From positions 1,728,001 to 1,792,000 of the forward strand of contig OZ244065.1 in assembly GCA_965215505.1 (NCBI GenBank): a stretch of DNA of 64,000 nucleotides, given 5' to 3'. The DNA comes from Capsulimonadaceae bacterium (GTDB taxonomy: Bacteria; Armatimonadota; Armatimonadia; Armatimonadales; Capsulimonadaceae). Made by a program: the position numbers and the translations under genes. Below are positions 18,607 through 30,874 of the stretch, piece by piece. Each line of letters begins with the position of its first letter. Positions within the stretch are counted from its first letter, which is position 1. The notes under the pieces are model-generated. The model saw only the letters and a program-made list of their open reading frames with translations. It made no database searches and was not told where the DNA came from.

Positions 18607-19332
18607 CTAAAGCGCATCCGCGAAGGCGGCGAACAGGGCGCGGGAGGGCGCATCGGTGTCGTACAGGTTTTCCGGGTGCCACTGGACGGCGAGCAGGTAT
18701 CGCGCGTCCGGCTTTTCCAGTGCCTCGATCACGCCGTCATCGGAGCGGGCGGTGACGACCAGCCCCGGCGCGACTTCTTTGGCCGCCTGGTGGTGGTGGC
18801 TGTTGATCGGCAGAGTCTCCGGGTCTCGCAGAATCTTCCCCAGCCGACTCCCCGGCGCGACACAGGTGTGATGCGTCTTCTCGGACGAATGCGGCCCCTG
18901 ACGGTGCGCCCACTGCTCTCCAAGCTGTGTCGGCAGGTCTTGGTACAGCGTCCCGCCCAATGCGACGTTCACGACTTGCAGGCCCCGGCAGATCGCGAAG
19001 ACCGGCAGGTCGCGGGCGACGGCGGCACGGACGAGGGCGATCTCATGCGCGTCACGCCCTCCGGCCTCAGTCTCCGTCGCCGGATGAACGCTGTCGCCTT
19101 CGCCGTAGAAGCTCGGGTGGATGTCCAGGCCGCCACTGAGCAGCAACCCATCGAGCAGGTCAAGCTGGGCCGTTCGGACCGTCTCGTCGCCCGTCACGGG
19201 CAGCAGGAGCGGCAGCAGCCCGGCCTGTTCGCAGGCCGCCGAGTAGGCGCACCGGACGTAGTCCATCGGCAGGTTCCAGTCCCCCACCGTCCCCTGCGAA
19301 CAGGTGATGCCGACGATCTTGCGCTTGGTCAT
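18607..19332 (-). CDS. Peptidase C26 / gamma-glutamyl-gamma-aminobutyrate hydrolase family
   Basis: LSGGLDI.P, AICRGLQ, NSHHHQA, VQWHPE triad. Confidence 0.9.
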   Translation of the reverse strand: MTKRKIVGITCSQGTVGDWNLPMDYVRCAYSAACEQAGLLPLLLPVTGDETVRTAQLDLLDGLLLSGGLDIHPSFYGEGDSVHPATETEAGGRDAHEIALVRAAVARDLPVFAICRGLQVVNVALGGTLYQDLPTQLGEQWAHRQGPHSSEKTHHTCVAPGSRLGKILRDPETLPINSHHHQAAKEVAPGLVVTARSDDGVIEALEKPDARYLLAVQWHPENLYDTDAPSRALFAAFADAL

Positions 19333-19526
19333 CTCGGTGTTCGGTGGTGCGTGGCACGGCGGAACAGGGTGATAGCCCTGATCAAAAAGATGCCGAAAGC
19401 GCAGCCGCTGAAAAACAGGCCGAAAACGGCAACGGCACGCACTCCATGGGAAAACTCTAGCAACCCTAGGACCGCCCAGAAGAGGCTCACACCGAAGTGG
19501 ATGCCTGACGACCTATGCTGTCTCAA
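19329..19526 (-). CDS. Small membrane hypothetical protein
   Basis: 65 aa with two hydrophobic segments; ATGA overlap with the C26 gene. Confidence 0.5.
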   Translation of the reverse strand: MRQHRSSGIHFGVSLFWAVLGLLEFSHGVRAVAVFGLFFSGCAFGIFLIRAITLFRRATHHRTPR

Positions 19527-19554
19527 CCCGTCCTACGACTTTCCCCGCCGTTCC

Positions 19555-20820
19555 TTAGCGGTCTATGTCCCCCAGCACGATGTCGATGGAGCCGATGATG
19601 GCGACCACGTCGGCGATCATGCGGCCCTCGGCCATCTTGGGCAGGGCTTGCAGGTTGTTGAACGACGGCCCCTTGATCTTGACGCGGGCGGGCTTGTTGG
19701 AGCCGTCGCTGTAGATGTAGTAGCCCTTCTCGCCGCGCGCGCTCTCCACGGCGGCGTAGGACTCGCCGATCGGCGGGTGATAGCCTTCGGTGAACAGCTT
19801 GAAGTGGTGGATGAGCGACTCCATGGACGTGTCCAGCTCGGCGCGCGGCGGCGGGGCGATCTTGCGGTCGCTGGTCATCACCGGCCCGCCCGGAACGTCC
19901 TTCAGGGCCTGGACCAGAATGCGCTGGCTCTGCTTCATCTCTTCCATGCGGCACAGGAACCGGTCGTACACGTCGCCGGTCTTGCCGGTGGGCACGTCGA
20001 ACTCGAACTGGTCGTAGCCGGTGTAGGGGTTCGCCTTGCGGATGTCCCAGGCGACGCCCGACCCGCGCAGGGTGGGGCCGCTGAGGCCCCACGCCACGGC
20101 GTCCTCGGCGGAGATGATCCCGACGCCGGACAGCCGCTCGATGAAGATGGGGTTCTTCGCGATGAGCCGGTTGTACTCGTCCAGCCGGCGCGGGAAGTCG
20201 GCGACGAAGCGGTTGACCTTGTGGAACCAGCCTTCGGGCATGTCTCCGCGCAGGCCGCCGGGGCAGATCCAGGACGTCATCATGCGGACGCCGGACATCA
20301 TTTCCTTCATGTCCAGGATTTGGTCGCGCTCGCGCCAGGTGTAAAAGAACAGGGTCATGGCCCCGATGTCCAGGGCGTGCGTGCCGAGCCAGAGCAGGTG
20401 GGAGGCGATCCGCTCCAGCTCGTTCAGGATCAGGCGCAGGCGCTGGGCGCGCGGCGGGATCTCGCAGTCAATCAGCTTTTCGACGGCCATGGAGTAGGCG
20501 AGGTTGTTCATCAGGTTGGAGAGATAATCTTCCCGGTCCGTGATGGTCAGGGCCTTGTAGTAGGTCATGTTCTCCATAGTCTTTTCCAGACCCGTGTGGA
20601 GGTAGCCGATGTGCGGCGTCGCCTTCATGACGTTCTCACCGTTCAGCTCGACCACGAGGCGCAGAACGCCATGCGTGGAAGGGTGCTGCGGCCCCATGTT
20701 GACGATCATCAGGTCGCCGTCGTCGGTCTGGATGCGCTCGGCGTCAATGCCCGCGCCCAGCCGCTGGATGGTCGGTGCCGGCGTCGCCGGTGCTGTTAAT
20801 TCACGCTCGATGGTTGCCAT
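19555..20820 (-). CDS. nuoD: NADH-quinone oxidoreductase subunit D
   Basis: NMGPQHPSTHGVLRL, GYLHTG.EK, ELERIASHL, C-terminal GDIDR. Confidence 0.96.
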   Translation of the reverse strand: MATIERELTAPATPAPTIQRLGAGIDAERIQTDDGDLMIVNMGPQHPSTHGVLRLVVELNGENVMKATPHIGYLHTGLEKTMENMTYYKALTITDREDYLSNLMNNLAYSMAVEKLIDCEIPPRAQRLRLILNELERIASHLLWLGTHALDIGAMTLFFYTWRERDQILDMKEMMSGVRMMTSWICPGGLRGDMPEGWFHKVNRFVADFPRRLDEYNRLIAKNPIFIERLSGVGIISAEDAVAWGLSGPTLRGSGVAWDIRKANPYTGYDQFEFDVPTGKTGDVYDRFLCRMEEMKQSQRILVQALKDVPGGPVMTSDRKIAPPPRAELDTSMESLIHHFKLFTEGYHPPIGESYAAVESARGEKGYYIYSDGSNKPARVKIKGPSFNNLQALPKMAEGRMIADVVAIIGSIDIVLGDIDR

Positions 20821-20850
20821 GGAAATGACTCGTTTCTAAACCGCTCTGCC

Positions 20851-21456
20851 CTATTGGCCCCGGACGTTATAGGTGAACTCGATCTCTTCGCCGCCGAGTG
20901 GGAAGTCTTTCCGCAGCGGGTGGCCGACCCAGTCGTCGGGCATCAGGATGCGGCGCAGGTCCGAGTGGTTGTTGAAGCTGATGCCGAACATGTCATAGAC
21001 TTCGCGCTCGTTCCAGTTGGCGTTCGGCCAGACACCTTCCACGGTATCAATGGTCGCGTCGTCCTCGGACACCTGGGCCTTGAGGCGAAGGCGCTGGAAT
21101 GTTCCCATGGAGTAGAGGTTGTAGATGACCTCGAACCGAATCTCGTCCTCGTCGTCCTCATCGATCAGGTCCAGCCGGTCGAAGCAGGTGATATCAGACA
21201 GATAATTGTAGTTCGTTTCCGCAGAATCACGCAGCAGCTTGCAGATGCCGACGACGTTGGCTTTATGGATGAGAATGGTCTTCTCGCCCCGGAACAGGCG
21301 CGTCTGCACCACGGAACCGGGGAAGTTCTCCTGGATCAGCCGCAGCTCCACGCAGTCATCGGGGTTCAGGTCCACCCAATCGTCGGGGCGCTTGACCTGG
21401 ATCTCGCGGAGCTGCAAATCGGTCGGCGTCAGGCCGAGGCGCACATCATAGTCCAT
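20851..21456 (-). CDS. nuoC: NADH-quinone oxidoreductase subunit C
   Basis: ANWNEREVYDMFGI..RRILM..GHPLRKDFP. Confidence 0.95.
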   Translation of the reverse strand: MDYDVRLGLTPTDLQLREIQVKRPDDWVDLNPDDCVELRLIQENFPGSVVQTRLFRGEKTILIHKANVVGICKLLRDSAETNYNYLSDITCFDRLDLIDEDDEDEIRFEVIYNLYSMGTFQRLRLKAQVSEDDATIDTVEGVWPNANWNEREVYDMFGISFNNHSDLRRILMPDDWVGHPLRKDFPLGGEEIEFTYNVRGQ

Positions 21457-21472
21457 AGTTTAGTTCCGGTTT

Positions 21473-21592
21473 GCGAGTGGTTGAAAACCACTCGCTAGGA
21501 GAAGCACCCTGCGGGTGATAAGATAGCCTAATAGAACCCGTTCCCATCCGTCCGCAGGACGCCTGGCTTAGCGAGTGGTTTCCAACCGCTCG
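21473..21592. repeat. REP-like inverted doublet, family A (CGAGTGRTTGAAA core)
   Basis: gcgagtggttgaaaaccactcgct at 21473 and inverted copy agcgagtggtttccaaccgctcg ending 21592; related copies at 37811-37948 and 44028-44048. Confidence 0.75.
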
Positions 21593-21605
21593 GCCTCGTG
21601 CAAGA

Positions 21606-22069
<464 letters not shown>

Positions 22070-22079
<10 letters not shown>

Positions 22080-22471
22080 TCAAACGCGCCTTTCTGCCAG
22101 ACATAGATGTAGCCTACGAAGAGGATGATGATGAAGACCACCATCTCCATGAGGCTGAACACCTGGAGCGCGTGGCTGTTCCAGCGCGTGAACGAAACCG
22201 CCCAGGGGTACAGGAAGACGGTTTCGATGTCGAACACGATGAACAGCATCGCGATGAGATAAAATTTGACGGGGAACCGCTCGCGCGCCGACCCGACCGG
22301 AGTCACGCCGCACTCATACGGGGCGAGCTTCGCGGCGGACGGCTTCTTGGGGCCGAGTATCCAGGACAGACCGACGAGGACGGAGGCCAGCCCGACGGCG
22401 ACGATCAGGATGATCATCAGCGGGATATAATCGGAGATCTGTGGTGTCGGCGGCGGTGCGACAGGAAGCAT
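22070..22471 (-). CDS. nuoA: NADH-quinone oxidoreductase subunit A
   Basis: [30 protein letters not shown]. Confidence 0.96.
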
Positions 22472-22536
22472 GGCGTTCCCCTCTGTGAACGGTGACGATG
22501 GGGCGTTTTCGGGGCGATATTCCCCGATTGCGCTTC

Positions 22537-22571
22537 TTGTGAATTATGTCACAAGCATATACGTTTGTCAA
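22537..22571 (-). promoter_or_regulatory. Sigma70 promoter of the nuo operon overlapped by a Rex-like operator
   Basis: Minus strand TTGACA (22571-22566)-17 bp-CATAAT (22548-22543); palindrome TTGTGAA-ttat-GTCACAA at 22537-22554. Confidence 0.75.
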
Positions 22572-22725
22572 TGGGGTTCGGGAAGAAAAGCAGGAAGGCT
22601 TCCCAAGCGCGTCTGATGCCCTCTACCCAAATAGAACACAAGTTGAACCGCTTATCCCATGTTGACAACAGAGTAGTCGGTTCAAGGATCGCTGACGAAT
22701 AACTCAGTCAGTTCTGGACAGAACA

Positions 22726-23475
22726 TCACTCTTGGAATGTTCTGTTCCGGCAGCGCTCGTGGATGGAACACTCCTCCCTCAAATGTGGATCACGCTCGCG
22801 CCGCTCAGGGTTACTTTGGCTAAATAGTTGACTGAGGAAGGATTGGGAGAAACCCTGCCCACAAATCGGGCAGCATTTGTTTCGTACCCGCCGTAGTTTC
22901 TCGTTCTTAATTCGTTCCTGTTCTGCTGCCTTTTCTGCTTGAAGGGCTTCTTCTTGTTGTCGAGCCGCACTATATTCATCAGCGCTCGCTTGCCTTCCTC
23001 GTTGGTACTCTTGTCTGTTTCCTGTTGCACTACAAAGGGCATGAGCGTACCGCAGTGAAGCACCCTCGGCGATAAATTCACCCATCGAATCGTAACGCGA
23101 GTTCCATTCGTGCCAACTTCTAAAATCAGTTGCGTTACTGTGGACAGGCTGCCTACAATAGTGGCAACTCGGTGCGTCTTGCCGCTGTCCGCAGTTACGA
23201 CATTCTGCCTTAAGTAGTGGGACAAGTGGTTCCCCACATGTCTCGCAACGCGCATCAGTATTCAGTACGGCATTAAGACAGTGTGAGTGAAAATAGCGAT
23301 ACTGATGAGTGTAAATAGAGTCTATTTCTTTGCGGACTAACTCAGAAGCCCTTCCACGAATTTCGCACACTACGCACAACTCGCCATGCGGAAAAGCAGT
23401 GTTGCAATTTAGGCAAGACGATACGCTCGAACTTATTGATTTCCCGCACTCAAAACATTTCACCAGTTCAGCCAT
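22726..23475 (-). CDS. Multi zinc-ribbon hypothetical protein, low GC
   Basis: Seven CxxC and three HxxC motifs plus a coiled coil; AAGGA RBS. Confidence 0.7.
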   Translation of the reverse strand: MAELVKCFECGKSISSSVSSCLNCNTAFPHGELCVVCEIRGRASELVRKEIDSIYTHQYRYFHSHCLNAVLNTDARCETCGEPLVPLLKAECRNCGQRQDAPSCHYCRQPVHSNATDFRSWHEWNSRYDSMGEFIAEGASLRYAHALCSATGNRQEYQRGRQASADEYSAARQQEEALQAEKAAEQERIKNEKLRRVRNKCCPICGQGFSQSFLSQLFSQSNPERRERDPHLREECSIHERCRNRTFQE

Positions 23476-23574
23476 TTATGTTTCCTTAGCAAGAACGTGA
23501 CCTGGATTTGAAGGGTCACCGGGATTGATCTAAGGCCATTTTATAGCCTTACAACCAACCTCCGAGATGTGTTC

Positions 23575-23954
23575 TCAGGTGTTGTCAATGATGAACCACT
23601 CATGGTACACGATGGCGATAAAAAAATCTTCGCCCACTACCCTGTCACAGACTGCCATGCGGCCGGTCCAGAACAGTTCGTCTTCCGGGTCTGGGTGGTG
23701 CGTAGTGTCCTTCAGGAAGACGGTCATGCTGTTGCCGTCTTCACTGACGATGCTTCGGAGGATCATGACGTTCGGATGCCGGTCCCTGTCAATCGGCAGC
23801 AAAACAGGGCGGCCTGCGATGGTCAAAAACTCTGGGTCAGAATGGTCCATCTCCGAAGCCCAGTCCTCCGGCCCTCATGCTTCTCGATGATGCGGTCCCA
23901 CCGGTACGCCCGAATTTTCTCCAACGCTTCTGCCGAGAGACTGGAGACAGTCAT
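23575..23954 (-). pseudogene. Conserved hypothetical protein with apparent 1-nt deletion near 23870
   Basis: ATG 23954 reads MTVSSLSAEALEKIRAYRWDRIIEKHEG; one extra C in GGCCG joins it to PEDWASE and the 91 aa ORF MDHSDPEF. Confidence 0.65.
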
Positions 23955-23959
23955 GGCAT

Positions 23960-27637
<3,678 letters not shown>

Positions 27638-27667
27638 AGGTTTTCTTCCGATCTAATCCAATCCAGT

Positions 27668-28087
27668 TCAGTCCGCCCAGTTCTCGTAGGCCAGTCCGGG
27701 CACGCGCCCGAAGTCGCGCAAGTTACGGGTGATAACGACGGCGTTCTCTTCCAAGGCGAGTGCGGCAATGCGTAGGTCCATCTTGCCGATGTTCAACTTC
27801 ATCGCCAGGAGTGCGTTGTAACGGCGAATGGCGGCTTCCGAGAAGGTAACGATGTGTATGCCCGAGAGCGTTCGGACATTGTTTGTCAGGTTCTGGTAGG
27901 CATACGCCAACTGCGCGTCGGTCTTCGTACTTCTAAGAAACGCCTGCCACCCGACAAGTTGTTCCTGTACGCTGATGACAGTGGTACCCAGGCCGTTCGG
28001 CAACGCGGCGGTCACACGCTCCTCCAGAGGAGAGGGTCCATGTTGAAAGAGCGTCAGCGAGTCGGTGTCGAGGAGGGCGAAGGCCAT
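27668..28087 (-). CDS. PIN-domain (VapC) toxin
   Basis: LLDTD, SVQEQ, MDLRIAA, ITRNLRDF; start ATG 28087 coupled via TGATG. Confidence 0.88.
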   Translation of the reverse strand: MAFALLDTDSLTLFQHGPSPLEERVTAALPNGLGTTVISVQEQLVGWQAFLRSTKTDAQLAYAYQNLTNNVRTLSGIHIVTFSEAAIRRYNALLAMKLNIGKMDLRIAALALEENAVVITRNLRDFGRVPGLAYENWAD

Positions 28088-28296
28088 CAATAATCCGGGT
28101 CCTCGTCTGCCTTTCGGCGGTTCTCGCGCATGATCTCCACCCACTCATCAAAGAGCGGGTCGTCCCGAAAGATGCCGGCCATCTTTGCCCATGGGTTGCC
28201 TTCCGCCTTGGCCTTCTCGATGAGTCGTTCTGCCTCCACCCTTTCTTCAGGCGTCGGCTTCGGCAGATTGCCCAGGAATACAAATGGTTCACTCAT
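28087..28296 (-). CDS. Putative VapB-type antitoxin
   Basis: 69 aa; NPWAKMAGIFRDDPLFDEWVE; stop overlaps the toxin start. Confidence 0.8.
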   Translation of the reverse strand: MSEPFVFLGNLPKPTPEERVEAERLIEKAKAEGNPWAKMAGIFRDDPLFDEWVEIMRENRRKADEDPDY

Positions 28297-28303
28297 AACA
28301 CTG

Positions 28304-28360
28304 ATTATAGCACAAAGCGTGCCAACGCGCCTTGACATCCCCTGCCCCGTCCGTTATACT
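28304..28360. promoter_or_regulatory. Divergent sigma70 promoters
   Basis: Plus: TTGACA (28332-37)-17-TATACT (28355-60). Minus: extended -10 TGcTATAAT, 7 nt before the antitoxin ATG. Confidence 0.75.
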
Positions 28361-28388
28361 ATCGCGGGAATGGGCAGGAGGATGGCGC

Positions 28389-29387
28389 GTGGCAGACGAG
28401 ATGACGGGGAAGCCCTATGTGGTGGGCGTGGACCTGGGCGGGACGAACGTCCGGGCGGCGGTGATCGACCGGGCCAGCGAGCAGATCGTGGCGCGCGGGG
28501 AGAACATCTCGTCGCGCGGCATGGACGGGCCGGAGCTGACGGCGATGCAGATCGCGACGGCGGCGATGATGGCGCTGGACCAGGCGGGCGCGGGACTGGA
28601 GCAGGTATTAGGCGTGGGAGTCGCCGTGCCGGGACACGTCAAGGCCAGACAGGGCCTGGTGAAGTGGGCACCGAACTTCAAGGACCAGTGGAAGGACGTG
28701 CCCATCGCCGCGCTCATCGAGCGGCATCTGGGGCTGCCGGTGCAGATCGGCAATGACGCCAACCTGGCCGCCTTGGGCGAGTTCCGGTTCGGGGCGGGGC
28801 GGGCGGTCCGGCACCTGGTCATGGTGACTTTGGGGACGGGCATCGGCGGCGGCATCATCGTGGACGGCAAGCTGCTCGACGGCGCGGACGGCGGGGCGGG
28901 CGAGATCGGCCACATGGTCATCAACCCCGGCGGGCGCGGCGGCAACAGCGCCTTCGGCTCCGTCGAGGGCGAGACGCAGCGCGACGCCATCATCGAGCGG
29001 GCCGCGCGCAAGATCCAGGAGGGCTATGCGACGAGCCTGGGCGAACGCGTAGACTTCAACCGCTTCGCCTTGACGCCCGCGATCATCGCCGAGGAGGCGC
29101 AGAAGGGCGACGCCATCGCGCTGGAGGTCTTCGAGGAGACGGGCTATTACCTCGGTCTGTGCGTCACGAACCTCATTGACATCCTCAACCCGGAGATGGT
29201 CGTCATCGGCGGCGGCATCGCGCAGGCGGGCGACATCCTCCTGGACCCGATCCGCCGGACGGTCACGGCGACGGCCATCCGCTCCCTAGCGAAGTCGTGC
29301 CGGATCGTCCCCGCCGAACTCGGCGACAACGCCGGCGTTTTCGGCGGCGCGGCGATCATCCTGCAAACGCTGGCCGGGGAGGTTTAG
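28389..29387 (+). CDS. ROK family sugar kinase (glucokinase-like)
   Basis: GVDLGGT, NDANLAALGE, TLGTGIGGG, GEIGH; GTG start 28389 after AGGAGG. Confidence 0.9.
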   Translation: MADEMTGKPYVVGVDLGGTNVRAAVIDRASEQIVARGENISSRGMDGPELTAMQIATAAMMALDQAGAGLEQVLGVGVAVPGHVKARQGLVKWAPNFKDQWKDVPIAALIERHLGLPVQIGNDANLAALGEFRFGAGRAVRHLVMVTLGTGIGGGIIVDGKLLDGADGGAGEIGHMVINPGGRGGNSAFGSVEGETQRDAIIERAARKIQEGYATSLGERVDFNRFALTPAIIAEEAQKGDAIALEVFEETGYYLGLCVTNLIDILNPEMVVIGGGIAQAGDILLDPIRRTVTATAIRSLAKSCRIVPAELGDNAGVFGGAAIILQTLAGEV

Positions 29388-29454
29388 CGCGGCGCTCGGG
29401 CCGGGCAGAAGCAGTCAGCAAACCACACACCGGCACACCCGACAGGAGCGACCG

Positions 29455-29595
29455 ATGGCCGACGAGAAGACCGAGACCCATGAGACGCCGGACGGCGGCA
29501 CGGAGACGACGAAGAGCAGCCACAGCGAGAGCGGCAACGGCAGTTCCACCACGACCGAGACGACGAAGACGACATCGGAAACGAAGCAAGAGTAA
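29455..29595 (+). CDS. Small hydrophilic Thr/Glu-rich protein (46 aa, not in ORF track)
   Basis: AGGAG RBS, MADEKTETHETPDGGTETTKSSHSESGNGSSTTTETTKTTSETKQE*, GC3-biased codons, followed by a terminator. Confidence 0.7.
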   Translation: MADEKTETHETPDGGTETTKSSHSESGNGSSTTTETTKTTSETKQE

Positions 29596-29598
29596 CAG

Positions 29599-29630
29599 AA
29601 ACAGCCCCGGCCAACTGGCCGGGGCTGTTT
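29599..29630. terminator. Bidirectional terminator hairpin
   Basis: aaacagccccggcc-aact-ggccggggctgttt, perfect 14-bp stem. Confidence 0.8.
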
Positions 29631-29833
29631 AATGCTTGGTGGACCCCTTCTTGATCTTGTGACCCTCGTACAGCACCACGCCCCAAAAGTAAGAGGCTAC
29701 GAGCCAGCCCAAGATGGAGTTCGTTTGAGTATGTGCATCACCTCGCCAGAAGGCGTAAGCAGTGAAAAGGGCCGCTACGGTCCAGCCCGCGGCGACATAG
29801 GGCCAATAATGTTTTCCTCAGCCATTGTTTCAC
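29629..29833 (-). pseudogene. Possible frameshifted small membrane protein
   Basis: GTG 29833 MKQWLRK; removing one A from AAAA gives HYWPYVAAGWTVAALFTAYAFW..LGWLVASYFWGVVLY..KH*. Confidence 0.4.
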
Positions 29834-29835
29834 CC

Positions 29836-30117
29836 CTATACTTGCATCAGGTCTCTTTGGCTGGCAGTGTACTCATTCCTCCACTCGTCTAGTACACGTT
29901 CCGAAACGAGTTCTGAGACTTGCTTGATACAGACCATCCAGTACCAGAAGTCGTAATCGGATTCTGAGGGTGACACTGTCATGTGGCCTGTCCAGTGCGT
30001 CTCGCCATCTTTCCAGCCACTTGTTTTGATGGTCAGCAGGCCGTCGTCATGGAGAATGTGGTGTCTGGGATTGAAATAGCGGTTGCCGCCGCCCATCATG
30101 CTCTTGCCATACATCAC
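29836..30117 (-). CDS. Hypothetical protein
   Basis: 93 aa ORF with GGAGG RBS, downstream of the HD gene. Confidence 0.6.
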   Translation of the reverse strand: MMYGKSMMGGGNRYFNPRHHILHDDGLLTIKTSGWKDGETHWTGHMTVSPSESDYDFWYWMVCIKQVSELVSERVLDEWRNEYTASQRDLMQV

Positions 30118-30136
30118 ACCTCCCGCTCCTTAACTC

Positions 30137-30874
30137 CTACAGATTCACGCCGTTGATTTTCAGGTGGAACTTGCAGCCCAGGAAGTCGGCGGCGCGGCGG
30201 CAGAGGACCATGCGGAGGACGAAGATCTCGAAGTATTCGGTGACGCTGGCGTGGACGGTTTCGATCTCCAGTTCCAGCGTGATGATCTTCGCCTCGGCGT
30301 CCACGCGCAGGTAGGACTTCTGGACGGCGGAGTTGACGCGGTCGTGGATGTCCCACTTGACGGGGTCCTTTTCCTGGACGCGCGAGAAGTGGACGTCGGA
30401 CTTGTCGGCGATGATGACGGCGGCGGAGACGGGCGAGATGGGCAGGCCGTTCGGCTCCTCGTGGTTGCCGACCGCCCCGATGACGGTGGCGATCTCGCCT
30501 GCGGGCATCTTCATGTCGGTCAGGATGGTGTAGGACATGAGCGCGCCCGCCTCGACGTGGCCGATGCGGTTGACGACGCAGCCGATGTCGTGCAGATAGC
30601 CGGCGACGGCGGCAAGCTCGCCCTCGCGGTCCGGGCGGCCGAGCTGTGTCAGGATAGTCCGGGCGATGGTCGAGACGATGCCGGCGTGCCGGTGGCCGTG
30701 TTCGGTGTAGCCGATGGCCTGCATCTGCTCGTTGGCGCGCGTGATGTAGGTGCGGACGCGCGCATCGTGGCGCACATCTTTCAGGGTGAGGGCGGGAGTG
30801 CCGGAGGGGGTGACGGGCGGCGCAATGGGCGTGGTTTCCGTCGCCGGTTCTTGGGTGGTAGGTTCTTGGTTCAT
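30137..30874 (-). CDS. HD-domain phosphohydrolase
   Basis: GYTEHG.RH, GYLHDIG, IADKSD.H..RV, DIHDRVN. Confidence 0.88.
   Translation of the reverse strand: MNQEPTTQEPATETTPIAPPVTPSGTPALTLKDVRHDARVRTYITRANEQMQAIGYTEHGHRHAGIVSTIARTILTQLGRPDREGELAAVAGYLHDIGCVVNRIGHVEAGALMSYTILTDMKMPAGEIATVIGAVGNHEEPNGLPISPVSAAVIIADKSDVHFSRVQEKDPVKWDIHDRVNSAVQKSYLRVDAEAKIITLELEIETVHASVTEYFEIFVLRMVLCRRAADFLGCKFHLKINGVNL

Noticed and set aside
18463..20799. 778 aa plus-strand ORF (also 24092..25948, 41615..43414, 52918..54672 and similar)
   Set aside because: Opposite well-supported genes, with no recognisable motifs.
27638..27667. SAM or cobalamin riboswitch upstream of metH
   Set aside because: Only 30 nt intergenic; no such motif.
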